A stretch of DNA of 62,922 bases, the filler included, from Conidiobolus incongruus B7586 (taxonomy: Eukaryota), in NCBI GenBank assembly GCA_000697335.1. It is 5 parts of 5 records of this genome, joined end to end, with 100 filler letters (N's around TTAATTAATTAA, not from the genome) between each part and the next. Parts side by side here need not be neighbours in the genome. Positions count along the whole stretch, not along the records: positions 1 to 28,802 come from JNEM01006180.1; 4 more parts are not named here. One strand, written 5' to 3'. The position numbers and the translations under genes were made by a program. Shown piece after piece: positions 1 through 13,463 of this stretch. The notes beneath the pieces are model-generated. The model was not told where the DNA came from, did no database searches, and saw only the letters and a program-made list of their open reading frames with translations. Positions within the stretch are counted from its first letter, which is position 1; each line of letters begins with the position of its first letter.

Positions 1-3000
1 TTTTTATATTATTATAATATAAAGTTAAGTATTATTAATTCAATTATAATTGATATTTTTCAATAAAAAATTAATTTCATATAAAATAAAAGATTATAAA
101 ATAGAATTTAATTTATTATAAATAAATATATGAATATTTTTTAAGTAATAATCTTAAAATTCTTAAAATTTAAGTTTGTGATTTTATATTTAAAAATCAA
201 TAAACTTAATTGAAAGTAATAAAGTAATTAAATTAAAAAGAGTTATTTTCACTATTTTTAATAATATTTCAAGGTGATTAATATAAACTAAATATTCAAA
301 TTTTAGATTTGATAAATATTATTTTAATTTTATATCAAAATTAATAAGTTTAAATTTATTGATAAATTCTTAATTATTTTATCTATTTAAATTTAGATAT
401 TATTTTAATTTTCAATTTATCATAATATATGAATTTTATGAATTTTATGAATTTTATGATATATTTATTATCTATTTATATAATATATATTTTTATTAAT
501 ATAACTAATAAATAAAGACTATTAATATTTGATTTTCCTGTATATTATAATATTCATTCCTTAATAATTAATTATTCTTAATATATTATATTATTCAAGG
601 ATATAAATGATTTTAATATTGTTAATTAAAATATACTCAAATAAATAAATAACATCTTTTAAATAGAGCGTAATATAATAGTTTAATAGTATAATAGATT
701 TATATAAATTAATTTAATTTGAGTATTATTATGATATTATAAGATCCTAAAAACTACCCATGATACCTTTTCTAACTCCAGTTCTCTATTTTATAAGGAG
801 CCTTTACCTTGATCGACTATTACTTGAGACACATGCTATAATATTGCAAGTAACCTTTATATATTAAAATATTTCTAGTTCTTAATAACTTCCATATATA
901 AGGATTAGTCTTATTGACTAAATCCAAGGCCTTTTAATACTTACCCAAATATTATTCTAAATATCACTATAGATCATAAGCCCTCAAATACCCTTACTTA
1001 CTATTGTAGCAATAATAGCCATTGTCCTCTATATTATACAATCCATAATACCTATACAGAAATTAAAATATTAATTTATAAATTTCAAAATAATTTTTAT
1101 AATGCATATAAATTTAATTTATTGAAAAATAGTAGATAGTTATTTGAAATTAGATTATATATATTTTTTAAAATATTTAAACTAATATTATATATCTTAA
1201 TAATGAATAATAATATATCAATGTTATTATATTATATAAATCAAAATTATTTGCAAAATTTATTGAATTGGAATAATAATGAAGGGATAAAGAATTTTAA
1301 TGACTTCTTAATCTCAATATGGATAAGAAAGAATTATGAGATGAAAGTGACATATAACAAACTAAATATATCTTTAAAAGTTTCCAATTTTGTAAAAAAC
1401 ATATTTATCAGGATATAAATTAAAAAGGGGATATTCAAATATGGTTATTATATTTTAATACATTGTTAAATTAATTCTTTAACAAGAACCGTATATTCAA
1501 TTATATAAGTAAATTATAGAGGTTGTAATATATTTTATATAAAATATAAAATTATTCCAAACACTAATTTTAAGGTTGCTTAAATAAATATAAATGTTAG
1601 AAAATACAACTTCTAATCCCGACTCTCAAATAAACCTTTAACAATGTAATAAATTCAAACTGGAATTCATTTTTCCCAATATAGTTCATGTGAATAAAAA
1701 ATCTAAGCAAGTTGCTGACTTGATAATCGGTACCATTTCAATAAAAAATCAACTACAATTTCTATCAAGATTAACACAATAGTACATATATTTTAAAATT
1801 AATTTGTTAAATTTAATTCATTTTAATTCATTATTAATATGACTAGAAACTTTGGAAAATATTCAGCCCAACCAGATCAATTGAAATGTTAAAAATTCAA
1901 ACAGAATCCTAAAAAAAATATGGTAAGAGAATGTGTAAATAATTTTTGAAGCCATTAGCTCCAATAGAAGTTTATTACAAGCTCCATTTTTCTATTTCTC
2001 ATAGTTTCTATATAAGTCAATAATTTTCCAAATATTTTCCTAATATATAAATCAATTCTAATTATTAATAAAATAATTCGATATTATATAGCTGAATATT
2101 TTTTAAATCTGATCTTTACATGTCATAAATCAGGCCTAAACTCTCTTACTAAGCCAATAATCCGTAATCTATAAAACTTTTCCAATCTTACATTTGATTA
2201 GTTTAATAAACCCATTTGGTGATATCATATTTGATCTAATCGAATAAATTATTAATGAGTTATGTATAGTATCTCAAATTGATCAATAAAGAATTACAAT
2301 GCTATACAATAATTTATTAATAGAAATTCTCTATTAAGAAATAGCAAAGGATATAATGATTTAAGACTATTATTGCAAGAAACGTAATAATATTGAATCA
2401 CCTTATAAATATAAGTGTATATTCAATTATTTTCTCTAACATATTCATTCGTACAAATTTAAAAATAGCCGATTTTTTAATTGTTGAATAAAACATTAAA
2501 ATAAGCATTTTTATTCATCTCAATCCCATATAATTTTACAACTTTATTTAAATTTTTAAACTATAAAATGTAAATATAAAAACATGAAATATTTTAAAAC
2601 ATACTAGATTCAATAGGAAGCATACCACATCATATTATCCTACTTAGCTGTATAAATAGAATTTTATATAGAATATTTGTTGAATGCTTCTTATATTATT
2701 TCACAGTCACAAAATAACTAAATTGATTTTTTGAAATAAATGATATAGCCAAAAATATCTAAGATTAATTTATATTAAATTTTAGTATTAAAAATTATTT
2801 TAAATAGTAAAAAATATTTTATTAAAATCTTTAAAAAAATCTTACTGAAACTGAAACTGAAACCGAAAAGAATAACTGAATTAAGTTTTACAATTTATAT
2901 AAAACAAAGTTACTTTTATATAAAAACTCTGTTCCTGATTTGTATTAAATATGATATATGATTCTTTATTGATAAAACTCATTTCCTAAATTATTAAATC

Positions 3001-5200
3001 CAATATTTAAATACATGTGATCTAACAACTTCTCAAAAATTGGTTAGTGAAAACTAGACTCATTCAATGAATCCACAATTTTGATAAGTTTACGATTATC
3101 ATTAACCAAATTTGAAGACCGCGTCTTTCTTCCTTTTATAGACATATTAAATTTTCAAGTGGTTTAACTAAAAATAATATTATGTTAATTATAACAAGAT
3201 TACAATTAATTCCCACGGTGTGATAATTATTAAATTTATCAGGTTAACGCATATTAAGAATTAATGCAAATATTAATGTTGCAGGAAAGATTAGGTTTGC
3301 ATTTATTGCAAAAGATAGGGTAAAAATATAATCGAAGCTAAGAGCATAAATAATTAAAATAGGAAATCATATAATTTAAATCCTAAATACTATGATTAAA
3401 GAATATGAATAATAAAATTATTAAAAATTCATTGAATAAATTTTTCATTTTTTATTTCAATTTTATAATAATTTGAAAATAAGATTTTTTATAAAGTTTT
3501 TTCAATGATTAGAAATTCATTTTAAAATATCAAATATTAAAGTTGAATATTGCTTTTTATGAAATATATTGTAACGCAAGAATCTAATGATATTTATGTA
3601 GAACAATGAACAAAATATTATAAACTTTATTAATAATCTTTTATTTTTTTACTATAATAACTAAAATACACTGTAAATATTAATATATCAAATATGATGT
3701 TCAATTTTTTAAATTGGGAAATTTACAATAAATTTCATTGGGTTATTAGAGTCATGTTAAGAAATTTTTAGTAATTTATTTGATTACGATATAATCACAT
3801 TAAATAAAAATTAATGATGTACAAGGTATTAAATAAAAATTTATTGGGAAATTATAACGTTTTTTAATTTATATTATATAAATTTTTGGGCTATATTACG
3901 TTTATTTAGATATTCAATTGTATCACTATTTAGACAAAGTATATACAGATTTTCTAAAATTATAAAATCTCTTGTCTAAGCACTACATTAGGCTATATCA
4001 TTAAACTCCATATTTATGATATCATATATCCCTAATGTAAATGCATTTAAGTAAATATTCTTTGTATATTTTAATATCAATAAATTAAATTAAATTCGCA
4101 GAATGCTGGCGAAAACGTAGCTCAGATATCGATTAAGTTAAAAATAATGCACAATAAATTCTCCTAATTAGTTGGATTAAATAAGCTATTTTAAAAATTA
4201 GCAACCTTATTTTTACAGTTCAAAATAATATATCAAAATATATCATTGGCTGGTATTATTTTGAAATGTTTTTAATAAACTTTCCATAAGATCGTATAAT
4301 ATATTATTTAAATCATAATATTAGAAAATTTTTCAAGTTTAAGGGAATTTGAGAATGATTAATTATCTCGGATTAAAATTATATAATATTTAGTGTGTTT
4401 GATATTAATAAAAAAATCAAAGGTATTTATTCTGTTAATAAACAGAAATATAAAATTGTTACTTTCCAATCATTTTTGACCAATACAAATAGTTTATAAT
4501 ATATAAATCTTTCAATTCACTCAATAAGAAAGCATTAAATTTGAAAAATTAATAGAATTAAGAAAAAATTACCGGTTCGCTAGTTTACCTTATTAGGTGA
4601 TAAATGTAATTAATAGTGGATTCAAACTTGACAATTAATTTAAAGGGATTTCTTTAATATCAATCCATATATCTGTTTTATATGATTATACATTAGTAAA
4701 ATAATTATATGTTCACTAGTTATATATACATGAGATATAGTTATTTAAAAATAAATATATATCTATATTGATTTTAAATTTTATATTCTAAATTTCAATA
4801 TAAACAATAATTATTCAAATTAAAAAAAATAATTTACACAGATTGTCCGCATTTTCCTATTCGTTTTAATATATCATCTTCAAAATGCATGGCATTGAGA
4901 AATTACATTTTAAAATTTAAAGTCGCAAGAAATTACCAAAAATTAAATTTTCAAAAAAATACTTAATAATTTAGTTACTCCGATAACCCACATTTATAAC
5001 CAAATACTTATTTAGAAATTATGTAATTTAGTGTTTATGAATCTAACCAAATGGATAATTTGTGAGATTTTTGGTATGGTGTGTGGATAGCGGACCAAAA
5101 GTAATATGAGAAAGTTTACTATAAAAAGGTGGGATAGGAATTGAAAGTAGTAAAAAAAATATTTATTTATTTTATTTTCATAGACGCTTTTTGTATTATA

Positions 5201-5929
5201 ATGCCTAAAATCCCTTCTAAAGTCAAAATAACCATATCCGATATCAAATCTGTTACATATGATCCCTCTTCTCCAGAATCAGTTGCCCCAAGACCTTGTG
5301 ACAGATGTCGCAAACATAGAATCAGATGTGATAGGAATCCTAGTCAATGCCATCACTGCAAGAGAAAGAATGTAAATTGTACTTATTTGGACATTCCAAA
5401 GAAAAGAGGCCCCAAATCCAAAATTGACTTAGCTGTTCAACAATATATGAGTAGCTCAAGCAGTGATCTTTCTTCTGATAATAGTATTCAAGAACCTTTA
5501 CCGACCAAACCAAATAATGAAATTAATCAACAAACTAACTCTTGTGACCTGTCACCTATAATGAGTAATCCTATGATGATTAATATGAATCCGATAGATA
5601 ATCAATGGTTATACCAACCACTTTATAGCCCCGATCCATTCAATACGGGGTATTTATGCTCTTCCGATATTCCTTCCATTTATATTAACGAATTTCATCC
5701 ATCTATGGCATATCCACAAGATATTTATAAACTTCCGTGCTCGAACTGGAATCAGCACGCTATTAATATGAATTATGTATCTACGGATCTTAATTTTCAA
5801 ACTTCATTACTTTCTAATTCAAATTATGGCTCACTAACTACTGACTTTATCTTAAATGTATCAAATATTAATTCCTCTCATTATTCAGATTGCTCTCTAC
5901 CTTCTGACATGAGTTCTCTATTATTTTAA
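5201..5929 (+). CDS. Zn(II)2Cys6 (GAL4-type) transcription factor, 242 aa, intronless
   Basis: CDRCRKHRIRCDRNPSQCHHCKRKNVNC fits C-x2-C-x6-C-x6-C-x2-C-x6-C and is followed by KKRGPK. The C-terminus is S/N/P-rich low complexity. The first ATG is at 5201 (the ORF track starts at a TTG at 5141). TATAAAA lies near 5120. Confidence 0.9.
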   Translation: MPKIPSKVKITISDIKSVTYDPSSPESVAPRPCDRCRKHRIRCDRNPSQCHHCKRKNVNCTYLDIPKKRGPKSKIDLAVQQYMSSSSSDLSSDNSIQEPLPTKPNNEINQQTNSCDLSPIMSNPMMINMNPIDNQWLYQPLYSPDPFNTGYLCSSDIPSIYINEFHPSMAYPQDIYKLPCSNWNQHAINMNYVSTDLNFQTSLLSNSNYGSLTTDFILNVSNINSSHYSDCSLPSDMSSLLF

Positions 5930-8900
5930 GATATTAATAAATTGTATAATATATGGAATTTTAAATTCAGTTCAATATATATATATATTTAACCTGCTAA
6001 TATGATATTAGATAAAATCATTGACTTTATTAATTTGAAATAGATCCATGACACAATCCACTCATTTCCATTTTGAAAGAAATATATATAAAAATGATTG
6101 GGAAAAATATATTAAAAGAAAAATTTTTATTTTTATTTCCAAATATATGTATATATAATTATTTTTATGTTAAATTATTATTATTATTATTACTATTATA
6201 ATTTTTCAATTTTATAAAATAAAAAATGACAATTGATGAAAATATTACTGTACTTATTTAATATTAATTTAATCAATAAATATTTAAAGGCTTATATCCA
6301 GTTTTGATTTTTAAAAATAGCTGAAAATGATACAAATTAATATATATTACTATTTAATAGTCAATTAATAAAAAATTATAATTTATTTTTTATATTTCAT
6401 AAAATTCAATTAAAATTCATTTATTTTCAAAAGAATAAATTTTTTTAAAAAAATTACTATCAAATATAATTGTTATTTATTTATATATCATTATAGTTTG
6501 TATTGCAAATTGATTTTTAATAATTATATTAAATGATATTAATTATATATATTAAAATCTATATATTTAATATCTGTTTACTATTCTATAGTTTTATTGG
6601 ATATTATGTACAAATAAAATTTAATTATGATATTCAAGTATCAAGTCCAATAATAATGAAAATTATTGATTATTAAATTTTCAGCAAATTATATATAAAA
6701 TTTTTATTGTTTAATTTATTATAGTTAATTCAGAAGCTTTATAGTAGTATCATATGAATATTTTCATTGAATCTTAATTTTCTCTAGAAATAAGACCATC
6801 ATTAAGTTTATATAAATATATATTTTATTATAAAATCATAATATTATAAAAAATTGTGGAGCAATATTATGTAGGTTAAACATAATATATAGAGCATAGT
6901 TGAAAAAGTATAGTGATGATATTTATATTTTAACTCCAAAATTATTTTATGATTAAAATCAACTTGTAAATTTTTTGAATGATATTTTATTAATTTTTAT
7001 AAAATTGCATTTTACCTTCTGGGATTTTTAAAATATAATCAATAGTTTGCTATTTAGAAAAAATTCAAACAAAATATATTTATTTCTAATATCAATATAT
7101 AAAAGATATTCTTATACATGATTTTATATGAATTCTCATTTCATGAAAATATTAAATTAAGGATAATTAATTTATTAATATTGTACAATAGTGTGAGTTT
7201 ATGATAAAGAACTCGGTTAATTTTAAACAGTACTATATTATATTAAGATTATTTTAAATGATCAAGTTACTAAATAATGATTAATTATTATAATTAAATA
7301 ATCTACAAATATAAAAGATTTACAGGTTTCGCTGAATTTTATGTGCAGTTTATAATAATTACTGGAAAACTGCGATAAGTTCATATTTAACAATCGATAC
7401 TAAAATACTAAAATGATTTTAACTAAATTTTCATAGTTCGGATTTTTACTAGCTAACTGGATGAATAAATTTTAATATTATCCTATGTATTATATATCCC
7501 TATTTTAAAATTATTACAAGTTTAACAATTATAAATTTGTTTTTATATTTTGATTAAATTATTTGATCAATAATTTTCAGTTTGTAATTTGGTTATAAAA
7601 TTAATAAGACTATATAAGTCACTCTTATCCATTTCTCATATTCTAGTGATATGCAATTTTAAAAATATAGATATATAATTATTACAAATTATCGAAAAAT
7701 ATAAATTGATGAACTATACATCCTTATATTAATATAATAGAAAACTGCCAAATTTAAAAATTATTTTTGGTCAAAAATTCATCTAAAAATGCTTACGTAG
7801 TCCCAAGTTTTGTAAAGTAATTGGATATAAAAATCGCTAAATTATTTACAATTATAGGATTTTTACAATGGAATCTATCTTGGGTTTAAGTGATAATATC
7901 ATTAGATGATTTCATACATAAAACTATTTTAATATTTTTATAAAATAAGAATCCCCAATATAATTTATTTTTCGGTTTTTTAATAAATTTTAATGAATTA
8001 ACAAACTTAATATTGATTTTAGTGGTTAATATTCTATTATACCTTGTTGCAAAAAATGCTCAAAAATTCTATTTAAATCATCTAATCCATAATGTAATTT
8101 CATCCCAAAGTTATAAATTTTGATTTGTTAAATAGGTTAAACTTAATACGTTGATTTATTTTGGACTAAATACTTGAATATTTACACATAATATATTCTA
8201 TTCATCAATTGAATTGATTAATTAATGGAAAGGCAGGTAGTGATAGATTTTTCAAAATTACTATTTTATCATTAAGCTAGTTATTTACATCATGTTTTTC
8301 TTGTATACTCTTCCATCATTATGGTTTGAGCTAATTTCTGAAAATATTTCACCTTATTATGAAAAATTTTACTGAAAAGTATCGATTTTATAGTAGAGCC
8401 AATTTTAAGTATTGATAACTGTTCAAAATTTATAATCAGTCCAAAATGGTATTAATGATATATGGAAACAAAGTAGTTTATATGTTATATATTGCTGATT
8501 TGAGCTTATTATAATAATTAACTGAATTTTTTGATATGTTAAAAAAATTCAGTGTTTTAGAATTTTAATATATTTTTTTATACTGCAATATACAGCCTGA
8601 ATCTTGTTAAATAATGAATACAAAATAAATCAATAATAATATTAAAGATATTATATTTTGTAAATGTATGATATTTTGACTTAAAATTGCTTTATTTTAA
8701 TTTTTTATTTTATTATCAAGTTTATAATATCCAATGTATAATAATAATGATAAATATATTGATTTAAGTTTTATTTTTATATACTTTAAATATATCATAT
8801 AATGGAAAAGTGTTATACAGATTCAAATAACCTAAGTGAAATCACCTCATTAAGATATAATTATTCATTGGATCTTAGCCTTGATATTTAATGATTTTAA

Positions 8901-10346
8901 CAATGTTTAGCTTCATAACACGAATGTATTTAATAATTTAAATATTAAATATTAAATATATTGTGATATTTTAAACTATAAATAGATTTTGAAAATTAAT
9001 CAGCTGGTCATATAACCTTGGCATATTCTTCATGATAGCGAAGGATAAATAATTGATTTAGTTACATTAATTGAACTCTTATATAGCAGCTAGAATTCAG
9101 CTTACATCAGTTAGAGTATTGGGATAGTCTTGAAAGCTTTCATCACACAATATAGAAGCTATATATGATTACCATATTAAATATTTTCGAAGGAAATGGA
9201 GTTATAAGATTAGCTATCTTTTAACCTTCAATAACATAAAAAAGTTTTTTATGAGTAATTCATTAAACTCAAAATTTACCAACAAATATAATAAAAAACT
9301 GATGTGAATTTTATCATTTTTTTCCTAAATTATATTTTTTGAAAATTAAAAAATCAAATTAAACTATTATTTGTAACTATAATTATTAAATTGGGTTTTA
9401 ATTTGCTACTATCTCATATTTAGAATCAGTATACAACAGCCTATTCTATTGCTGCGTAATAGTATATATTTGATATGTTATTAGATTTTAAAATCACATT
9501 GGATTGTTTCTCATATAATTATTAAAATTATTCTAATTATTTCTTTTTTTATATCTTAAAATATTTGTTGAAATTGTATATGGAATTTGAATATAGTGGT
9601 TTAATAAAATCATTATATAAACATTTTTTGTAGGATGGTAATAAAATAATCTAGATCTTAGAAATTTACAATTTGATTCAGCATATATTTAATATTATTG
9701 ACAAAATTTGATTGGTTAATATGATTCGAATTCAGACAAAATATAGTCTAAATTTGTGCATATTGATTAACCTAAGTGGTAATTGGATTAATAACTACAG
9801 TTTATGATAAAGTACAATAGAAATCCATAAATTGGACAATTTCAATTTCCATTGATGTATCAAGTGATATTAAAGAATTAATTATGAAAATGGTGAATAT
9901 AGGTGGAAATGAAATAATGTGAGATTTCGATAAGTTTAAACCATATCTCAAAAGTTTGGAATATTGATAGAAAATTTGTATACTTACTAAGAAAAGGAGT
10001 TATAAAAGTAAAATCGAAACATTAAGACTAATTATTGATAATTTTTTTCTTGCATTTTTAAGAAATAAAAAAGAATAATTGATATATCAAAATATTATTA
10101 TACTCAAATTAAAGTGTACCAATTTTCACAGTTTGAGAAAAAATATTTCATATTTGTGGATTAAATCGTTACATTATTACTTGATATGAAAGATAAAGCT
10201 AGAAACCAGATAGAGTTAAATATGAAAATTGAAAGTTGTTCCTGTTATAATATATTTATAAAGGTAATGTGAGAGTCATGTAATGATTTATTCATTCTAT
10301 TTAAAAATATAAGTAATACTAAACTGATTTTGAACAATATAATAGT

Positions 10347-13300
10347 ATGCCTGAGGTAAAGTATTCAAAATCTGGTCGATTCATTGATATAATTCAGCAA
10401 AATGTTGGAGTTGAAGGTTTAGATTATCCAGCAATTATAATCAATCCTAATGGAGATTATTTGGAAGTATCGTTTAATCAATATTTCAACATTGCATGTC
10501 ACGCTTCAAATTATTTTTACACTATGATGAAAGATCTCGACTTTGCCACCGCCTGCAATATCGGTTTATTATCCTACTCCGATTCTCACTATCTCTGGAA
10601 CCTACTGGGAATAATGTCTGCAAATTTATGCCCATTATTATTATCTCCAAGGAATTCTATTGAAGCGATAGTTCACTTATTAAAAGAATCCAGTTGTGTT
10701 GCTCTTGTCTACGAAGATTGTTTCAAAGATTATATAGAGCCAATTCGCCAAGAACTGCCAGATATGGTATTCATTCCAAAATTGATTTGTAAATTTCCAG
10801 AAATGTTAGAAGAGACGGAAATGAAGCTATTAAGAAAGTTAGAGTCTCAAGAAGCAGAGCTAGATAAACCTGGATGGATTCTTCATTCATCGGGATCTAG
10901 CTCATTTCCCAAATTAGTCCCACAAACAAATCGAGTAATTCACAATATAGGCCATCGTAATAGCCTAAGTGCTGAATATAAAAATGATCGAAATGCATGC
11001 TACTTCCCTTTATTTCATGCTGGCGGAATTTTTTCGATTGTTGTCGCTGGAATATACCTTAGAAAATTGATAATATTACCTCAAGATTTAAAGCCTGGGC
11101 ATTTTCACTCCTCAACTATGATTATGAATATGATACGCGAATTGAAGCCCCAAGCTATCGATTTATTACCAATATATATCAAGGAAATTGTTGATATCTG
11201 CGAGAATCAACCTGAACATGATGGTTGGTCAATTCTCAAAAACTTACAAGTTATTAACTTTGCGGGAACTGAATTATCCTATTATTTGATTGATGCATTA
11301 CGAGGAAAAGGAATTGAAGTTCGAAGCGTTTATGGTTCTACAGAAACTGGAGTTGTTTTGAGCTCAGAAATTAACTTAACTGGTCAGCAAGGGACTCTTC
11401 TTTCTCCCATCGACAACGTAAAATACAAATTGCGAATGCTTAGTGAAAATGTGTGTGAATTGGTAGTGCTCAAGGATGATCCATGTCTTTGTATTCTTAG
11501 TGGTTTGGATGAAGAAGGCAACTATCCGACTAGAGATCTTTTCGAAATAATTAATAAGGATCCCATTAGATTAAAATATCTCTCAAGAATCGATGACTTG
11601 ATTATACATATTAATGGCGAAAAAACCAATCCGATTCCAATGGAAAAGAAAATTAACCAATGTAAATATGTAGAATCTTGTGTTATATTAGGAACAGGTC
11701 AACCCATGAATATTTGTTTGATCCAATTGAATCAAGAATCCGTCCACTCAGCTCAGCTTACCGACGTCATTTCCTCTATCAAATCATATATCAATGAAGC
11801 TAACTTATCTGCTCCATCTCATTCACATATTTATGATGATATGGTATACTATATTCCTATTGGGTCAAATAAGAAGTTGCCCACTACCATGAAAGGAAAT
11901 GTGATTAGATCTCTATGTCCAAAAATCTTTGCTGAAGAAATTAATCACTTGGTTGAGAAAATTGAATCTGGATACCATTCTCGTAACTCAATATCATCCC
12001 CTGCAGAATTGGATTTGAATTCAGTACTTTTAGTTATCAAGGATGCAATCGAAACTTGTGTAAATCAATCAGTAAATCAGCATCAGAGTTTCTTCAATGT
12101 TGGCTTAAATTCTCAATCAGCTGTCAAATTTAGAAATTTGATACAAGCTAAGTTACCTAATATCAAATTGACTATCCCCCATATTTATGACTTTGATACA
12201 ATTTCTAAATTGGCTCAATATCTAACCAGAGGCATCGAGGGAGACAGTCAAGTAGCTAAGACTTTACAAAGTTGTCAATCTGAGCTAGACGACATCATTC
12301 AAAAGCATTCATCATTGGATGTATTTCAAAGCGAAGAAAAGACTAAACAAGATGAACACTATGTTGCAGTTACTGGCGCAAATGGATCTTTAGGATCATT
12401 TATTATCAAACAGCTATCTCTACAGCCAAATACTCATAAAATATTTGCTTTGATTAGAGCTCAATCTGATAAAGAAGCTTTACAAAAGTTGGAGAAAAGT
12501 TTACAGATGCGCTCTATCATACTAAGCTCTGAACAATTGTCAAAAGTGGTACCATTAGCAGTAAGCTTAGAATCGGATAATCTTGGCCTTTGTAAAGAAG
12601 TTTACGCTTTATTACAATCACAACTTTCACATATTTATCACTGTGGATGGACTATGAACTTCCTCAAACCTCTCAAATCTTTTGAAGATTGTATATTAGC
12701 TACTCGCAATCTTATGAAACTAAGCATTGAATCTAAGCATAAAGTGATTTTCAATTTTATATCGTCTATTGGGGCCAGTGCTCCTGTTGTCACTTCATTT
12801 AGTGAGCCTTTGATGGAAAATCCTTTGGAAATCAAATTAGCCAATTTGAACTATTGTAATGGATATAATTTATCAAAACTAGCAACTGAAACTCTTGTCC
12901 AACTCTGGGGTAAGCAGTATAAATGTGATATTCACATCTTCAGAGTTGGTCAACTCTCAGGAGATACCGATAATGGTGCATGGAACATCACTGAACATAT
13001 TCCTATTCTTATTAAAACCATCAAAGATACTAAATTGTGTCCTGATCTTACACAATCATCAATTGACTGGATTCCTGTAGATGTTGCTGCAAAGGGTATA
13101 TGCGAAATAGGTGAGATGGATCAAAATGAGAAGAATCTAATTTCTCATATTGTCAATCCAAACAAATCATCTTGGTATATTGTTATTGATGCATTGAAAA
13201 AATATGGTATGGAATTTGAGTTAGTTTGTGTGGAGGAATTTATATTACATATGAAATCTTACGAATTAACAAATGATGGAGAAATTAAGCCAATTCAATC

Positions 13301-13463
13301 CTTAACTGAGTTTTTCTCTAATTTCTTTTCTAATACTAGTTCACTTACCTTTGACACCATTTTTACTCGATTATCATCTCCTACGATGGAAAATTGCATC
13401 TCTATACATGAAGCGGATGTAGTTAAATATCTTGAATTTTGGAAAAATATAAACTTTCTTTAA
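10347..13463 (+). CDS. NRPS-like A-T-R enzyme (fungal carboxylic acid reductase type), copy 1, 1038 aa
   Basis: Adenylation motifs ILHSSGSSSFPK, FPLFHAGG, YGSTETG, TRDL, RIDDLIIHINGEK, LPTTMKG. Carrier domain FFNVGLNS (predicted phosphopantetheine Ser). Reductase domain VTGANGSLG, SSIG, YNLSK, RVGQLSG, WIPVD. No condensation domain. Confidence 0.93.
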   Translation: MPEVKYSKSGRFIDIIQQNVGVEGLDYPAIIINPNGDYLEVSFNQYFNIACHASNYFYTMMKDLDFATACNIGLLSYSDSHYLWNLLGIMSANLCPLLLSPRNSIEAIVHLLKESSCVALVYEDCFKDYIEPIRQELPDMVFIPKLICKFPEMLEETEMKLLRKLESQEAELDKPGWILHSSGSSSFPKLVPQTNRVIHNIGHRNSLSAEYKNDRNACYFPLFHAGGIFSIVVAGIYLRKLIILPQDLKPGHFHSSTMIMNMIRELKPQAIDLLPIYIKEIVDICENQPEHDGWSILKNLQVINFAGTELSYYLIDALRGKGIEVRSVYGSTETGVVLSSEINLTGQQGTLLSPIDNVKYKLRMLSENVCELVVLKDDPCLCILSGLDEEGNYPTRDLFEIINKDPIRLKYLSRIDDLIIHINGEKTNPIPMEKKINQCKYVESCVILGTGQPMNICLIQLNQESVHSAQLTDVISSIKSYINEANLSAPSHSHIYDDMVYYIPIGSNKKLPTTMKGNVIRSLCPKIFAEEINHLVEKIESGYHSRNSISSPAELDLNSVLLVIKDAIETCVNQSVNQHQSFFNVGLNSQSAVKFRNLIQAKLPNIKLTIPHIYDFDTISKLAQYLTRGIEGDSQVAKTLQSCQSELDDIIQKHSSLDVFQSEEKTKQDEHYVAVTGANGSLGSFIIKQLSLQPNTHKIFALIRAQSDKEALQKLEKSLQMRSIILSSEQLSKVVPLAVSLESDNLGLCKEVYALLQSQLSHIYHCGWTMNFLKPLKSFEDCILATRNLMKLSIESKHKVIFNFISSIGASAPVVTSFSEPLMENPLEIKLANLNYCNGYNLSKLATETLVQLWGKQYKCDIHIFRVGQLSGDTDNGAWNITEHIPILIKTIKDTKLCPDLTQSSIDWIPVDVAAKGICEIGEMDQNEKNLISHIVNPNKSSWYIVIDALKKYGMEFELVCVEEFILHMKSYELTNDGEIKPIQSLTEFFSNFFSNTSSLTFDTIFTRLSSPTMENCISIHEADVVKYLEFWKNINFL
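11533..13213 (+). repeat. Left arm of a 1,681-bp near-identical inverted repeat inside A-T-R copy 1
   Basis: Reverse complement of 18917-20597. The proteins are identical from DLFEIINK to KKYGM except one E/D. I saw two nucleotide mismatches (11633 synonymous, 13130 E/D), but the comparison was not exhaustive. Confidence 0.95.

Noticed and set aside
1..420. Possible seventh mariner relic
   Set aside because: Only short AT-rich matches to 30720-30940, which I cannot separate from chance by eye.
735..1040. Possible decayed solo LTR
   Set aside because: It has slightly higher GC and a TATATAAG, but no clear termini, no target-site duplication and no second copy in the window.
1594..2000. Coding-like stretch MLENTTSNPDSQINL*QCNKFKLEFIFPN...
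   Set aside because: Interrupted by stops with no recognisable family. It may be a gene relic, but I cannot support a call.
12638..13080. Duplicated small ORFs 12638-12844 and 12895-13080, mirrored at 19286-19492 and 19050-19235
   Set aside because: They are shadow frames inside the A-T-R genes, duplicated only because of the inverted repeat.
10347..13463. Calling the A-T-R genes LYS2 (alpha-aminoadipate reductase) or a true NRPS
   Set aside because: They are about 1,040 aa, lack the Lys2 N-terminal extension and any condensation domain, and have LHSSGS / PLFH motifs of the CAR-like type.
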